From assembly GCA_965225945.1 (NCBI GenBank), contig CBDDBZ010000037.1, positions 224,001-288,000 of the forward strand: a stretch of 64,000 bases of DNA, in the 5' to 3' direction. This DNA comes from Alphaproteobacteria bacterium. Its GTDB lineage: Bacteria > Pseudomonadota > Alphaproteobacteria > GCA-2731375. Positions 42,908 to 52,888 of this stretch are shown in pieces; positions within the stretch are counted from its first letter, which is position 1; every line of letters starts with the position of its first letter. The notes below the pieces were generated by a model. That model worked only from the letters and a program-made list of their open reading frames with translations, was not told where the DNA came from and did no database searches. The translations under genes were made by a program, and so were the position numbers.

Positions 42908-43747
42908 TCAGCCCTGCCACGAGCCCCACCGGCCGGCGCCCACGGCCGCGAGGAAGGTCCCGACATGCAGATTGAAAAAATCCGGCTCCTCTGAATTGAG
43001 GGTGTGGCCACACATCGCCAGGACCACCATGCCGGCGTGCGGCGCGTGTTGGCAGATGAAACGACATGCGGCGAAGGCCGGTTCGTCCTGGTCGCCGACC
43101 ATCACCAGCGTCGGCACGTTCATCGCTCCGAGCTCCGCCTCGAGGTCGAAGATCGGCTTTCGGTTCATGAGCGCATTTCGCATCATATGGGCACAGCCGA
43201 GCGGTGAGAAATCGTCCATACCGGCGATGAATTCCTGCCATCCGCGCGGATCCTTGACGCGGAATACGATCCGCTGCGGCGCGTTCTCGACGTTGGCGAC
43301 GATCCCGGCGGTGCCGTCGCGTTCGATGTCATCGGCGAAGGTCTTGGCCGCGGCCAGCCAATTGTCGCGGTCCACGGTGCCGGCACCGGCTCCGGCGACG
43401 ACCAGTGCCCGGGCCAGACCCGGATGTCGAATGCCGAAATTCAGGGCCACGTTGCCGCCGGTCGCCAGGCCGGCGATATATGCCCGCTCGATATCGAGGA
43501 ACCGCAGGAGCTGGTGCAAATCCTCGATCAGGTCGTCATGGCCGTAAGACGCCGCGTCGGCGGGCACCTGCGAGGGCGGATAGCCGCGCTGGTTGTAAGT
43601 GATCACGCGATATCGGCGAGCGAAGTATCGGACCTGCGGCTCCCAGGCCCGCATGTCTCCCGCGAACTCGTGCACGAAGACGAGCGGGAAGCCGCTGCCC
43701 GTCTCTTCGTAATAGAGCTCGACACCGTTTACGATCGCTAACGCCAT
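42908..43747 (-). CDS. Alpha/beta-hydrolase-fold protein lacking the nucleophile Ser
   Basis: VFVHEFAG, YNQRGY, GLATGG elbow, GDQD and GHTLN motifs. Confidence 0.88.
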   Translation of the reverse strand: MALAIVNGVELYYEETGSGFPLVFVHEFAGDMRAWEPQVRYFARRYRVITYNQRGYPPSQVPADAASYGHDDLIEDLHQLLRFLDIERAYIAGLATGGNVALNFGIRHPGLARALVVAGAGAGTVDRDNWLAAAKTFADDIERDGTAGIVANVENAPQRIVFRVKDPRGWQEFIAGMDDFSPLGCAHMMRNALMNRKPIFDLEAELGAMNVPTLVMVGDQDEPAFAACRFICQHAPHAGMVVLAMCGHTLNSEEPDFFNLHVGTFLAAVGAGRWGSWQG

Positions 43748-43831
43748 GGCGGTCTTCCCCTGGATCACGTCGGTGGACAGACGGGGAGAGCGCGGGCGGC
43801 CACCGGCCGCCCGCTCCTCGAAAGAGTACGA

Positions 43832-44821
43832 CTATTGCTGAGCCGCCTTGACTTCCTTCAGCAGCTGGGGACCCACCAGGACGGAGAAGCGATCGTGAAC
43901 TTTCTGGGCCTTGGCGGCGAATGCCGCGCGGTCCGGTTCGATCACGTTGATGCCGTTCCGCTTCATTGTCGCGATGGCATCCTCGTTCGCTTTCTGGGCG
44001 CCGTCGCGCATCGTCTCGCCTGCCGCCTTGGCCGCCTGCAGGATGATTTCCTGATGTTTCTTCGACAGCGAGCCGAACTTGTCCATGTTCATCAGGTAGA
44101 CGGTCGCGGTGAAGATGTGGTTGGTCAGCGCGAGGTCGGTGGCAACCTCGTATAACTTGGCATCACCCATGCCGTGATAGTTGGTCTCGACACCGTCGAT
44201 CGCCTTCTGCTGCAAGCCGGAATAGACCTCGGGCCACGCCATCGGCACCGGGTTGCCGCCGAAGGCTTTGATCGTCTGGACGTACAGCGGATTCTCGACG
44301 ATCCGCATCTTGCGACCCTTCATGCTGTCGGGCGACTTGATCGGGAAGCCGTTGGTAAGAAAGCCGCGGAAGCCCCAGACACCCCAGCCGAGACCCTTGA
44401 TCCCCTTGGGCTCCATCAGCGCGAGGATCTTCCGGCCGATTGGACCGGAGAGCACCTTCCAGGCCGACTCCCGGCTCTTCCAGATAAACGGCAGCTCGGT
44501 GATGCTGAAAGTCGGCTCTATGTTCGCCGCCAGCCCCGAGCCGACCATGGCAATGTCGAGGGTGCCCAAACGCACCTGCGCGACCATCTCGAGTTCACCG
44601 CCGAGCTGTCCGTTCGGAAAGATCGTGATCTTGATCTCGCCGTTCGACAACTCTTCCACCACTTGTTTGAATTTCGTCGAACCCTTCCCGGCGATCGCCT
44701 TTATCGTGGTGACGTGGCCGATCCGCAATTTCACTTCGGCCAGCGCCGCGTTGCCGCCGAAGGCGACGATAGCGACGGCGACGATCGCCGCCGTCGAAAC
44801 GGTGGTAAATCGTTGCAACAT
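43832..44821 (-). CDS. dctP: TRAP substrate-binding protein
   Basis: Signal peptide; FPNGQLGGE, GFR, KMR and PMAWPEVYSGLQ motifs. Confidence 0.93.
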   Translation of the reverse strand: MLQRFTTVSTAAIVAVAIVAFGGNAALAEVKLRIGHVTTIKAIAGKGSTKFKQVVEELSNGEIKITIFPNGQLGGELEMVAQVRLGTLDIAMVGSGLAANIEPTFSITELPFIWKSRESAWKVLSGPIGRKILALMEPKGIKGLGWGVWGFRGFLTNGFPIKSPDSMKGRKMRIVENPLYVQTIKAFGGNPVPMAWPEVYSGLQQKAIDGVETNYHGMGDAKLYEVATDLALTNHIFTATVYLMNMDKFGSLSKKHQEIILQAAKAAGETMRDGAQKANEDAIATMKRNGINVIEPDRAAFAAKAQKVHDRFSVLVGPQLLKEVKAAQQ

Positions 44822-45256
44822 GTGTGATTCTCCTCCCAATCTGCGGGGTGGGCGTGATGGACGGAGCCTCGAGTTCTCGCACGACGCGCCGCCAGCCGCA
44901 TTTCACCGCCACTAATCCTCGCACGATCCGAGCGGGCCTGACAATACGACATGCGTCCGGCTTGAATTCACGCTGGACACATGTCGTCAAATCGTCACCA
45001 AGCACCCGCCGACAAGCTGTCGCGAGGCCTCCGGAACATACCGCCGACGCTTTTCGCGGCGGCCCTCCGGTTTACGCTCGTCGCATTGTCCCGATGGCTA
45101 TTTCCGGCTAATTGTGAAAGGCATGAGCGGGCGACGGGCGTGACGAGGGCCGCCATGGCCCGTCATGGGGATCGAAGGCCGACGACGGCATGCCGCTGGT
45201 ACCGGAAAGCCGTGCGCTCCCGAAACCCACGGCGGCTTTCGAGGGGAGGATCGGAG

Positions 45257-46540
45257 ATGTCGAACAGTCTCAACGAACTCAGCGCCACCGAGGCCGCCGC
45301 CCGGATCGCGGACGGCGACATTTCGTCGGAGGCGCTGGTGCGCGCCTGTCTGGAACGAATCGAAGCGCGCGAGCCGGACGTCGCGGCATGGATCTATCTC
45401 GATCCAAGTCACGCCCTCGCGCAGGCGCGGCGGCGTGACAGCGAGGCCGCCACCGGGCCCCTGCATGGCATCCCGGTCGGCTTCAAGGACATCGTCGACA
45501 CCGCCGACATGCCCACCGCCTACGGCTCGCCGATCTACCGCGACTGTCGGCCCACGACCGACGCGGTTTGCGTTGCCAATACGCGCGCCGCCGGCGGCAT
45601 CGTGATGGGCAAGACGGTCAGCACCGAGTTCGCGTTCCGCTATCCCGGCAGGACCGCCAACCCGCACAACCGCCTGTATTCACCGGGCGGCTCGTCCAGC
45701 GGCTCGGCCGCCGCCGTCGCCGACCGCATGGTGCCGCTCGCGGTGGGGACGCAGACCGGCGGCTCCGTCATTCGTCCCGCCGCCTATTGCGGCGTTTACG
45801 GCTACAAGGCGACCTACAACCTGCTGAGCTTCGCCGGCGTGCGCCATCTCGCCGAGGCATTCGATAATCTCGGCTGCATGGCGCGCACGCTCGACGACAT
45901 CGCGCTGTTCCGCGGCGTGCTCATGGCAATCCCGCCGCGGCCGATCGGCGCGGGGATGGAAACGCCGCCCCGCATCGCCTTCTGTCGCACCCCGTTCTGG
46001 CAGGAGGCGCAGGACGCCACGCGCGAGCTCATCGAGGACGCGGCCGGGCGCCTCGCCGGCAGCGGCGCCGAGGTCGCGGACTTCGAGCTACCACCGTCGT
46101 TCGACGGCATCCTGGATCTCACCTGGCAGGTTACGCATTTCGAATGCGCCCGTTGCTTCGCCTACGACTACGCAGAGCATGCCGACACCATTTCCAGCGC
46201 GGTCCGTGACGCCGTCGAGGCGGGGCGCGCGGTCCCCTATGAGCGCTATATCGAGAATCTGAGGACGCTGGAGTCGCTGCGTGGCGAGATTCACGCCGCG
46301 CTCGACGGATTCGACGCGATCCTGACGCCGAGCGCCGTGGGCGAGGCGCCGCTCGGGCTTGGCGACACTGGCCCCATCACTTTCAATTTTCTATGGACGG
46401 TGCTGCATATGCCGGCCATCACGCTGCCGCTGTTCACCGGCCCGAACGGCTTGCCGATCGGCGCCCAGCTCGTCGCGCGACGCCACGACGACGACCGCCT
46501 GCTGGCGATTGCGCGTTGGGTCGAGCGCCACATCGGCTGA
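45257..46540 (+). CDS. Amidase signature family enzyme
   Basis: GIPVGFKD, PGGSSSGS and GTQTGGSVIRPA motifs. Confidence 0.93.
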   Translation: MSNSLNELSATEAAARIADGDISSEALVRACLERIEAREPDVAAWIYLDPSHALAQARRRDSEAATGPLHGIPVGFKDIVDTADMPTAYGSPIYRDCRPTTDAVCVANTRAAGGIVMGKTVSTEFAFRYPGRTANPHNRLYSPGGSSSGSAAAVADRMVPLAVGTQTGGSVIRPAAYCGVYGYKATYNLLSFAGVRHLAEAFDNLGCMARTLDDIALFRGVLMAIPPRPIGAGMETPPRIAFCRTPFWQEAQDATRELIEDAAGRLAGSGAEVADFELPPSFDGILDLTWQVTHFECARCFAYDYAEHADTISSAVRDAVEAGRAVPYERYIENLRTLESLRGEIHAALDGFDAILTPSAVGEAPLGLGDTGPITFNFLWTVLHMPAITLPLFTGPNGLPIGAQLVARRHDDDRLLAIARWVERHIG

Positions 46541-46547
46541 GCGAGGG

Positions 46548-47168
46548 CTATCCTCTGGCTCGCGCCAGGGCGCGCTCGAGCAGGTCGAGCCGATCCTGGC
46601 CCCAGAAGGGCTCGTCCGCGAAGATGTAGAACGGCATGCCGAACACGCCTTGGGTGATCGCGCGGTCCGTCTGTTCCGTGTAGAGGCGCTCGATCTCGGG
46701 CAGCGCTGCTGCGGCGAGCAGCGTTGAGCCATCGAAGCCCTCGGCCGCGGCGATCCCGAACAGCTCCTCGGGGCCAAACGGAAAGCGTTCCTCGGTCCAG
46801 AGCACCCGCGAGATCGCATGGGCGAGCCGCAGCGAGTCGAGGCCGGCGCGTTTCGCCGCGGTCACCATCAGGGCAGCCTGGCGCTCATCGGGCTCCTCGA
46901 CCTCGCCGCGATAAAAGCGCGGTTCCGGGTTGAGCGGGACGCCACGCACCTCGCTCCAGCGCTTGAGCTCGATCAACCGATAGGCTTTACGCAGCGGCGG
47001 CCGTTTCGGTAGCGGCACGGTGCCGGCGGCGTCGAACATGCGGTCGTAATCGATGATGATCGGATCGATCGTTACGTCGTGGCGTGCGGCGATCTCCCGC
47101 AGCCGATCGTTCCCCAGATACGACCAGGGCGAGGCAAGCGCGTAGTAATACTTTATCTGCCGCTCCAT
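46548..47168 (-). CDS. 2-hydroxychromene-2-carboxylate isomerase / kappa-GST (DsbA-like) family
   Basis: ASPWSYLG, GVFGMP and FWGQDRL motifs. Confidence 0.88.
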   Translation of the reverse strand: MERQIKYYYALASPWSYLGNDRLREIAARHDVTIDPIIIDYDRMFDAAGTVPLPKRPPLRKAYRLIELKRWSEVRGVPLNPEPRFYRGEVEEPDERQAALMVTAAKRAGLDSLRLAHAISRVLWTEERFPFGPEELFGIAAAEGFDGSTLLAAAALPEIERLYTEQTDRAITQGVFGMPFYIFADEPFWGQDRLDLLERALARARG

Positions 47169-47453
47169 ACCGCGATCCCCGCCTATCGAACGCGCCCGCC
47201 GATTGGTGCGCCCCCAGCAAGGTATTGCCGTGCCTTCTGCTTGACAACACCGGCTTTTGGCAACTGATCGGTCCGATCGCGATCTTTGCGACAACGCCCT
47301 CGGCGCGCGACATACTCGCCGGCCGTCTTGCCGCGTGACGCCACGCCGCGGGTCGACTTCTCACGGCTCCGCTCCCTGAATTGACGACGAGGTCGTATGA
47401 GTTCGAGCGCGCAGGGCTTGAGGCGACCGCACCGATGGTAGAAGATTGTCTCG

Positions 47454-48638
47454 CTAGTGTCCCGATTCCGAAGTTCGCATGATTTTCGCCTGCTGTTCAG
47501 CTATTTCGATTGTTCGGAGGCAGAAGCGCTGGATGGCGCCGAGGATGTCATCGGCGGATTTGGTCCATTTGAAGGGTTTGGGGTTCTGGTTTGTCGTGTC
47601 GATGTAGTCGAGGATGGTGCGCTCCAACTCCTTGGTGGAGCGATGGACGCCGCGCCTGATCTGCTTGTCGGTCAGCAGCCCGAACCAGCGCTCGACCTGG
47701 TTGAGCCAGGAGGCGCTGGTGGGTGTGAAATGGGCCTGCCAGCGCGGCCGTTTGGCGAACCAGTCGCGGATCGCCTTGGTCTTGTGGGTCCCGTAGTTGT
47801 CCATGACGATGTGGATGTCGAGATCACCAGGGACGTTCGCCTCGACGAGGTCGAGGAATTTGCGGAACTCTCGGGCCCGATGGCGCGGGAAACATTTGCC
47901 GATGATCTCTCCCGTGGCGATGTCGAGGGCCGCGAAGAGAGAGGTCGTGCCGTGGCGCTTGTAGTCGTGGCTGCGCCGCTCCGCCTGCCCGGGGCGCATC
48001 GGCAAGAGGGGCTGGGAACGGTCCAAGGCCTGGATCTGGCTCTTTTCGTCGACACAGAGAACCAGGGCACGATCCGGCGGCGCCAAATACAGACCGACGA
48101 TGTCGCGGACCTTCTCCACGAAGAAGGGATCGCTCGACAGCTTGAAGGTCTCCGAGCGATGCGGCTGCAAGCCGAAGGCCCGCCAGATGCGATGAATGGT
48201 CGAGGGCGCGTGGCCGCTCGCCCGCGCCATCGAGCGAAGGCTCCAATGGGTCGCGTCCGGCGGCGTCTCTTCCAGCGTCAGCCGGACCGCTTCCGCGATG
48301 GCGTCATCGCCGATTTGACGCGGCGCGCCGGGGCGGGGTTCGTCGTACAGACCGTCGAGGCCCTCCGCCGCATAGCGGCGACGCCACTTGCCCACGGTGT
48401 CCGCGCTCGCCTCGAGACGAACGGCGATCTCCTTGTTCTCCAACCCTTCCGCCGCCGCCAAGACGATCCGAGCCCGCCGCGCAAGCCCCTGCGACGTCTT
48501 GCGACGACGAGACAGCGCCTCCAATTCGGCGCGCTCGTCATCGCTCAAAGAGATCGTCACCGCCACTCTCGCCATCAATCGCGCCTCCTGAAAACAAATA
48601 GAGACATAATCATATCAATTTATCGATCAGGACACTAG
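47454..48638 (-). mobile_element. IS630-family element; single-ORF transposase 48578..47454
   Basis: CTAGTGTCC at both ends; [18 protein letters not shown] and [10 protein letters not shown] motifs. Confidence 0.93.
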
Positions 48639-49377
48639 ACCTCAACCGACATTCCCCAGATGCCATCCAAATTCGTGGAATTCGTACCACCGTCCCACGC
48701 CAAAGGAACTGCATCCCTGCCGTAGCCATCTGATGGTCTGATTTTGGAGATCGGCCCTCGTTTGAAAGGCATTCGCTCAGATTTCCCACCATTCAGACCC
48801 ACCCCTCCTGTCGTCTTCACCTGGCCCCCCTCCCCCCGCCGACCCCCACCCTGAGGCGCCGGCACGACGAGCCCCCGAGGCACCGCCGGCGAGCCCGTGG
48901 ACAAGCAAAGAAACCGCACGGCGGAAATCCAGCGAGAGAGAGCAAAGTCAATTAGACAGCAACTCGATTAGACAACAAAACCCCGTTTTCACCCCGCCTC
49001 GACCCGGGCAAAGGGGCCACCATTTGATGCAGGGCGGACCACGGTCGGCGCGGAAGGAATCACTTTCCCGCCGCCGAAGAGGCTCGAGACCGACCCTCCC
49101 GGCACTGCGGGAAAGCCATCGCCTAGGACGTCATTTTTGCCCCGAGAGAAGCGAAAGCATTCATTTCCGGAGCACGTTTGAATACCCGATGAGGACGCCT
49201 TGTCACCGCCGCGGCGCCCCTCGGCCCCTCCGGGGAGAAAAAATCGGGGGCAGTCGCGACCTATTTTGGGTCTGCCACCGCCCCCGGAATGTCGTGGCCG
49301 GTGGCGCCGGGAGGGAGAATGACGCCGTACGGGACCACGACCACACCGAAGGGAGGGCAAAGCGTGGGAGGAAGTGC

Positions 49378-50961
49378 TCAGCCGGCCTCCGCTCGATTTG
49401 GCGTTTTCTCGCGCCCGCCGCCGCGCCGGCTCAACAACAGGTCGATGTCGACCGCGTCTCGCAATTCCGCCGGCATATGGGTCTCGGCGTATTCCCGCCA
49501 GACCCGGGAATCGAGGAAGAGAGCGAAGATATCGGCGTCGATCTCCACCGCATCGCGCATCCTGGCCATGATGGAGAGCGCCTCGCTCAAGGTCTTGCCG
49601 CGCTTGTAGGGCCGGTCGCCCGCGGTCAGCGCCTCGAAGATGTCGGCGATTACCAGCATCCTGGACGGGATCGAGAGCTCCTCGCCCGTGAGGCCTTTGG
49701 GATAGCCGGTGCCGTTGATCTTCTCGTGATGCGCGCCGGCGATCTCCGTCACCCGGGCGAGCTCGGCGGGGAAGGGCAGTTCGCGCAGCATCTCGATGGA
49801 GACCTCGACGTGGCGGTTGATGATCTGGCGCTCCGCCGGGTTCAGCGTGCCGATCCGGATCGACAGGTTGGCGATCTCGTCCTCGCTCAGCAGCGGGCGC
49901 GTGAAGCCTTCGTGGTCGCGCCACGCGCGGGCGGCGATGGCCTCGACCCGCGCCAGCATCTCGTCGGTCATGAAGGTCTCGCCGTGGTTGGCGTGGACGA
50001 GGAAGGCGAGGTCGTCGTCCAGCCGGCCGATCTCGGCGTACATTTGGGCGCGGCGTTGCTCGCCCTGCTCGGGGTGGCGAAGGATGTGCTTCAGGCAATC
50101 GATCTCGACCTCGCGCTTGGTGATCTCGAAGCGCGCGGAAATCTCGTGAATCCGGTCGTGCACGGTCTCCAGCCGCGTCGCCTTGTCGACCACGTGCTCC
50201 GGCGTCGCGAGCTTGCCGCAGTCGTGTAGCCAGGCGGCGAGCGACAGTTCCTCGAGCCCGTCCTCGTCCAGCTCGAAATCTTCGAAGGGGCCTCGGTCGC
50301 TGGCGCAGGCGGCCCGTGCCAGGAGCTCGTAGATCACCGGCACGCGCCGGCAATGGGCGCCGGTATAGGGCGACATTGCGTCGATCGCGGCGGTCATCAT
50401 CCGAACCAGGGCGCGGAAGAACGCTCGGCTTTCCGCCTTCCGGCGATGCGTGCGCTGCGCGCTGCGCGCGCTCGCCGCCAGGGCCGCCACGCGCTCGCGC
50501 GCCCTGTCGTCGAAGCGCCGGATTTCGACCTCGCCGGTCTCGCGGTAGAGCGAGAGCACGGCGATCGTCTCGCCGTCCTCGTCGGGAATCGGAATTGCGA
50601 GGGCCGCGCTCACCCGCGAGCCGAGAGCGGCGAGGAAGCCCGTGGTGCGATCGAAGGGCGCGAGCGCGTCCGGCCCGTCGAGGTGGATGCTCCGGCCTTC
50701 GAGCGCCGCGTGACAGGCGAGGTCGGCCACATCGGCCTCGCCGCTCTCCGCACACCTGAGGGGTCGGGCGGGGAAGGGGCTCGGCGCGGCGTCGCCGCCA
50801 TAGGCGATGCCGGCGCGGGCGAGGCGCAGGAGGTGCGGGCGGGCGCTGCTGTCCTCGATCAGGTGGATCAGGCCGGCCTCGGCGTCTGCTTGGCGCATGG
50901 CGCCCTCCAACAGCCGTTGCCAGGACGCCTCGAGCGTCGGTGCGTCGGCGATCTCGGCCAT
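49378..50961 (-). CDS. GAF + HD-GYP cyclic-dinucleotide phosphodiesterase; true start possibly 51110 via a frameshift
   Basis: YTGAHC, LHDCGK, HHEKINGTGYP, IADIFEALTA and RPYK motifs. Confidence 0.88.
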   Translation of the reverse strand: MAEIADAPTLEASWQRLLEGAMRQADAEAGLIHLIEDSSARPHLLRLARAGIAYGGDAAPSPFPARPLRCAESGEADVADLACHAALEGRSIHLDGPDALAPFDRTTGFLAALGSRVSAALAIPIPDEDGETIAVLSLYRETGEVEIRRFDDRARERVAALAASARSAQRTHRRKAESRAFFRALVRMMTAAIDAMSPYTGAHCRRVPVIYELLARAACASDRGPFEDFELDEDGLEELSLAAWLHDCGKLATPEHVVDKATRLETVHDRIHEISARFEITKREVEIDCLKHILRHPEQGEQRRAQMYAEIGRLDDDLAFLVHANHGETFMTDEMLARVEAIAARAWRDHEGFTRPLLSEDEIANLSIRIGTLNPAERQIINRHVEVSIEMLRELPFPAELARVTEIAGAHHEKINGTGYPKGLTGEELSIPSRMLVIADIFEALTAGDRPYKRGKTLSEALSIMARMRDAVEIDADIFALFLDSRVWREYAETHMPAELRDAVDIDLLLSRRGGGREKTPNRAEAG

Positions 50962-51000
50962 GCAGGTGGCGAGTGTCTCGGGTGCCGGCGGGTTCGCCGG

Positions 51001-51052
51001 CGCCCGGGCCTCTGCCGCCGCCCGGGCCTCTGCCGCCGCCCGGGCCTCTGCC
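51001..51052 (+). repeat. 18-bp tandem repeat, about 3 copies (AAEARA on the minus strand)
   Basis: CGCCCGGGCCTCTGCCGC repeated. Confidence 0.9.
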
Positions 51053-51168
51053 TCGCCGCCGCCCGCTCGGCGTGCAGGTAGGTGACCTTGGCCTCGATCG
51101 TTGGCGTCATGACGATTTTCCCCCTCGCCGAGCCCGCGCCGCTCGATTGTCGTCGGCCCGGCGCCTCA

Positions 51169-52740
51169 TCAGGCCGTCGCCGTGCTCGCGCCGTCGCGGA
51201 CATCGGCGATTTCGGTAACGATCATGTCCGGGTAGCGCGACCGCGTGTCCGCGTTCCGCGCCGCCTCGTCGATCAGGTGGCTGACCGGCGCGTAGAGCGA
51301 GGGCACCAGCGCCCGGCCGCCACCGGCATGGGCGTGGCGAATGCCGTGGCGAACCCGCGCCCGCTCGGCCTCGGAGAGCCCAGCGATCATGTCCTTCGTC
51401 GCCCAGATCGCGCCGCCCGGCGCCAGATCCGACAGCGCCCGGGCGCGGGCGAGCGTGTCGCCCAGCACCGAGAATTCGAGATTGGTTGGCGAATGCAGGC
51501 AACCGAACCACTCCTGCCCCTCGGCGAGACCCATGGTGAGCACCAACTCGTCCACGCCGCCGTGCCGCCCGCTCCATTCCCGGCTGATCCGGCGCATGGT
51601 TTCGCGCAGCTCGGTCGCGCACAGAAGCGCGTTCATGACGTAATTGCAGTCGGGCTGGGGGAAGAAATAGTACACCAGGCCATCGCTCAGGTGCTTGCCG
51701 TGGGTGCCGTAATAGCGGCGGAACACCGCCTCCATGGCATGCCAGACGTCGTTCACCAGGGCGAAATAGTCCTCGGGCGCCAGCATGGCGCGAAGCGCGT
51801 CGGAATTCTCCAAGTCGGCGACCAGCACCGCCAAGTGGGTCAGCGACGGCAGGCGCTGCTTCAGCAGGTCGCGCACGACCTGCTCGCGCCTGGCCAGCAG
51901 CTCGAGCAGGGATTCGATCTCGTCCTCGGCCGGCACATAGGCGAACAGCACGCCCTCGCGGAAGAAGGTCGCGTGCAGATCGTAGGCGACGGATACACCG
52001 AGTTCGTCGGACAGCTCCGCCGCGACACGGACGATGTGGCGCATGCCGACGGAAGGCGTCTCGCGATGCAGGCGGACCAGGAGCTCGGCGCCCTCGGTGC
52101 CGATGTGGGGCGCGAGGGCGGCCAGCGCCTCCGCGGGCACCCGGTTTCGCGCCACGCCGACGTGGAGCCTGAGCGCTTCCAGCCAATCCCGCTCGCTCGG
52201 CGGCTCATGGGCTTCCAGCAGCAGGCGAAAGACGTTGCGCGCCTCGATCTCGGCCTCGAGCCCCTGGCGGCGGTGGAAGATCTCCTGCGCCGCCTGGTGA
52301 TTCCACCATTCGAGCTCGAAATAGTTGTTCACCATGTAGGCCGGATGCGGCAGGTCGTCGATGGAGAGCCGTAGCGGGCGGCCCGGCTGCACCACGCGCG
52401 GGGGGCCGGGCGAGCGCCGGATCACCGCCGCGACCGCCGCTGTGTCGTCCACGTCGTTGGTGGCTTCGCGCGCGAGCGGAACCGCGCGCGCCTCGCCGTC
52501 CTCGTCCACGGCGAACCGTTCGGCGATCTCCGCCATCGAAAGGCCCTGTTTCTTGTAGACCTGGACCTGCTCGATCCGCTCGATCGCGTTGTCGTCGAAA
52601 TAGCCGATGCGGCGCGCGCCGCCGCTGCTCGGTCCGGCGAGGCCGACGATCGGGCGCCCCAGGATGCCCAGCGCGATGTAGTTGTTGAGCGTGGCGCGGG
52701 AAATGCCGGTGCGCTCCATGACCTCGTGGCTGGTCAACAC
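51169..52740 (-). CDS. MerR-like HTH protein with a degenerate class III nucleotide cyclase domain
   Basis: N-terminal EVMERTGISRATLNNYIALG...QGLSMAEI; C-terminal VLVADLENS, GKHLSDG, MGLAEG and VLGDT. Confidence 0.8.
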   Translation of the reverse strand: MLTSHEVMERTGISRATLNNYIALGILGRPIVGLAGPSSGGARRIGYFDDNAIERIEQVQVYKKQGLSMAEIAERFAVDEDGEARAVPLAREATNDVDDTAAVAAVIRRSPGPPRVVQPGRPLRLSIDDLPHPAYMVNNYFELEWWNHQAAQEIFHRRQGLEAEIEARNVFRLLLEAHEPPSERDWLEALRLHVGVARNRVPAEALAALAPHIGTEGAELLVRLHRETPSVGMRHIVRVAAELSDELGVSVAYDLHATFFREGVLFAYVPAEDEIESLLELLARREQVVRDLLKQRLPSLTHLAVLVADLENSDALRAMLAPEDYFALVNDVWHAMEAVFRRYYGTHGKHLSDGLVYYFFPQPDCNYVMNALLCATELRETMRRISREWSGRHGGVDELVLTMGLAEGQEWFGCLHSPTNLEFSVLGDTLARARALSDLAPGGAIWATKDMIAGLSEAERARVRHGIRHAHAGGGRALVPSLYAPVSHLIDEAARNADTRSRYPDMIVTEIADVRDGASTATA

Positions 52741-52888
52741 AGCGCTGGTGCCGAAAGGGAGAAAAAAATGGGTGAACCATCCGTCGCCCCTCCGCCGGGA
52801 CCGGGGAGGAGGGAGGAGAGGGAGAAAATCCCCGGTCCTTGGATGCAAGCGGCGAGGTCAGGGAGGAGGGACCGCGCCCCATCCGGGC

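Noticed and set aside
48948-48976. ATTAGACA direct repeat spaced 16 bp
   Set aside because: No adjacent gene start to regulate and no recognisable regulator; insufficient support.
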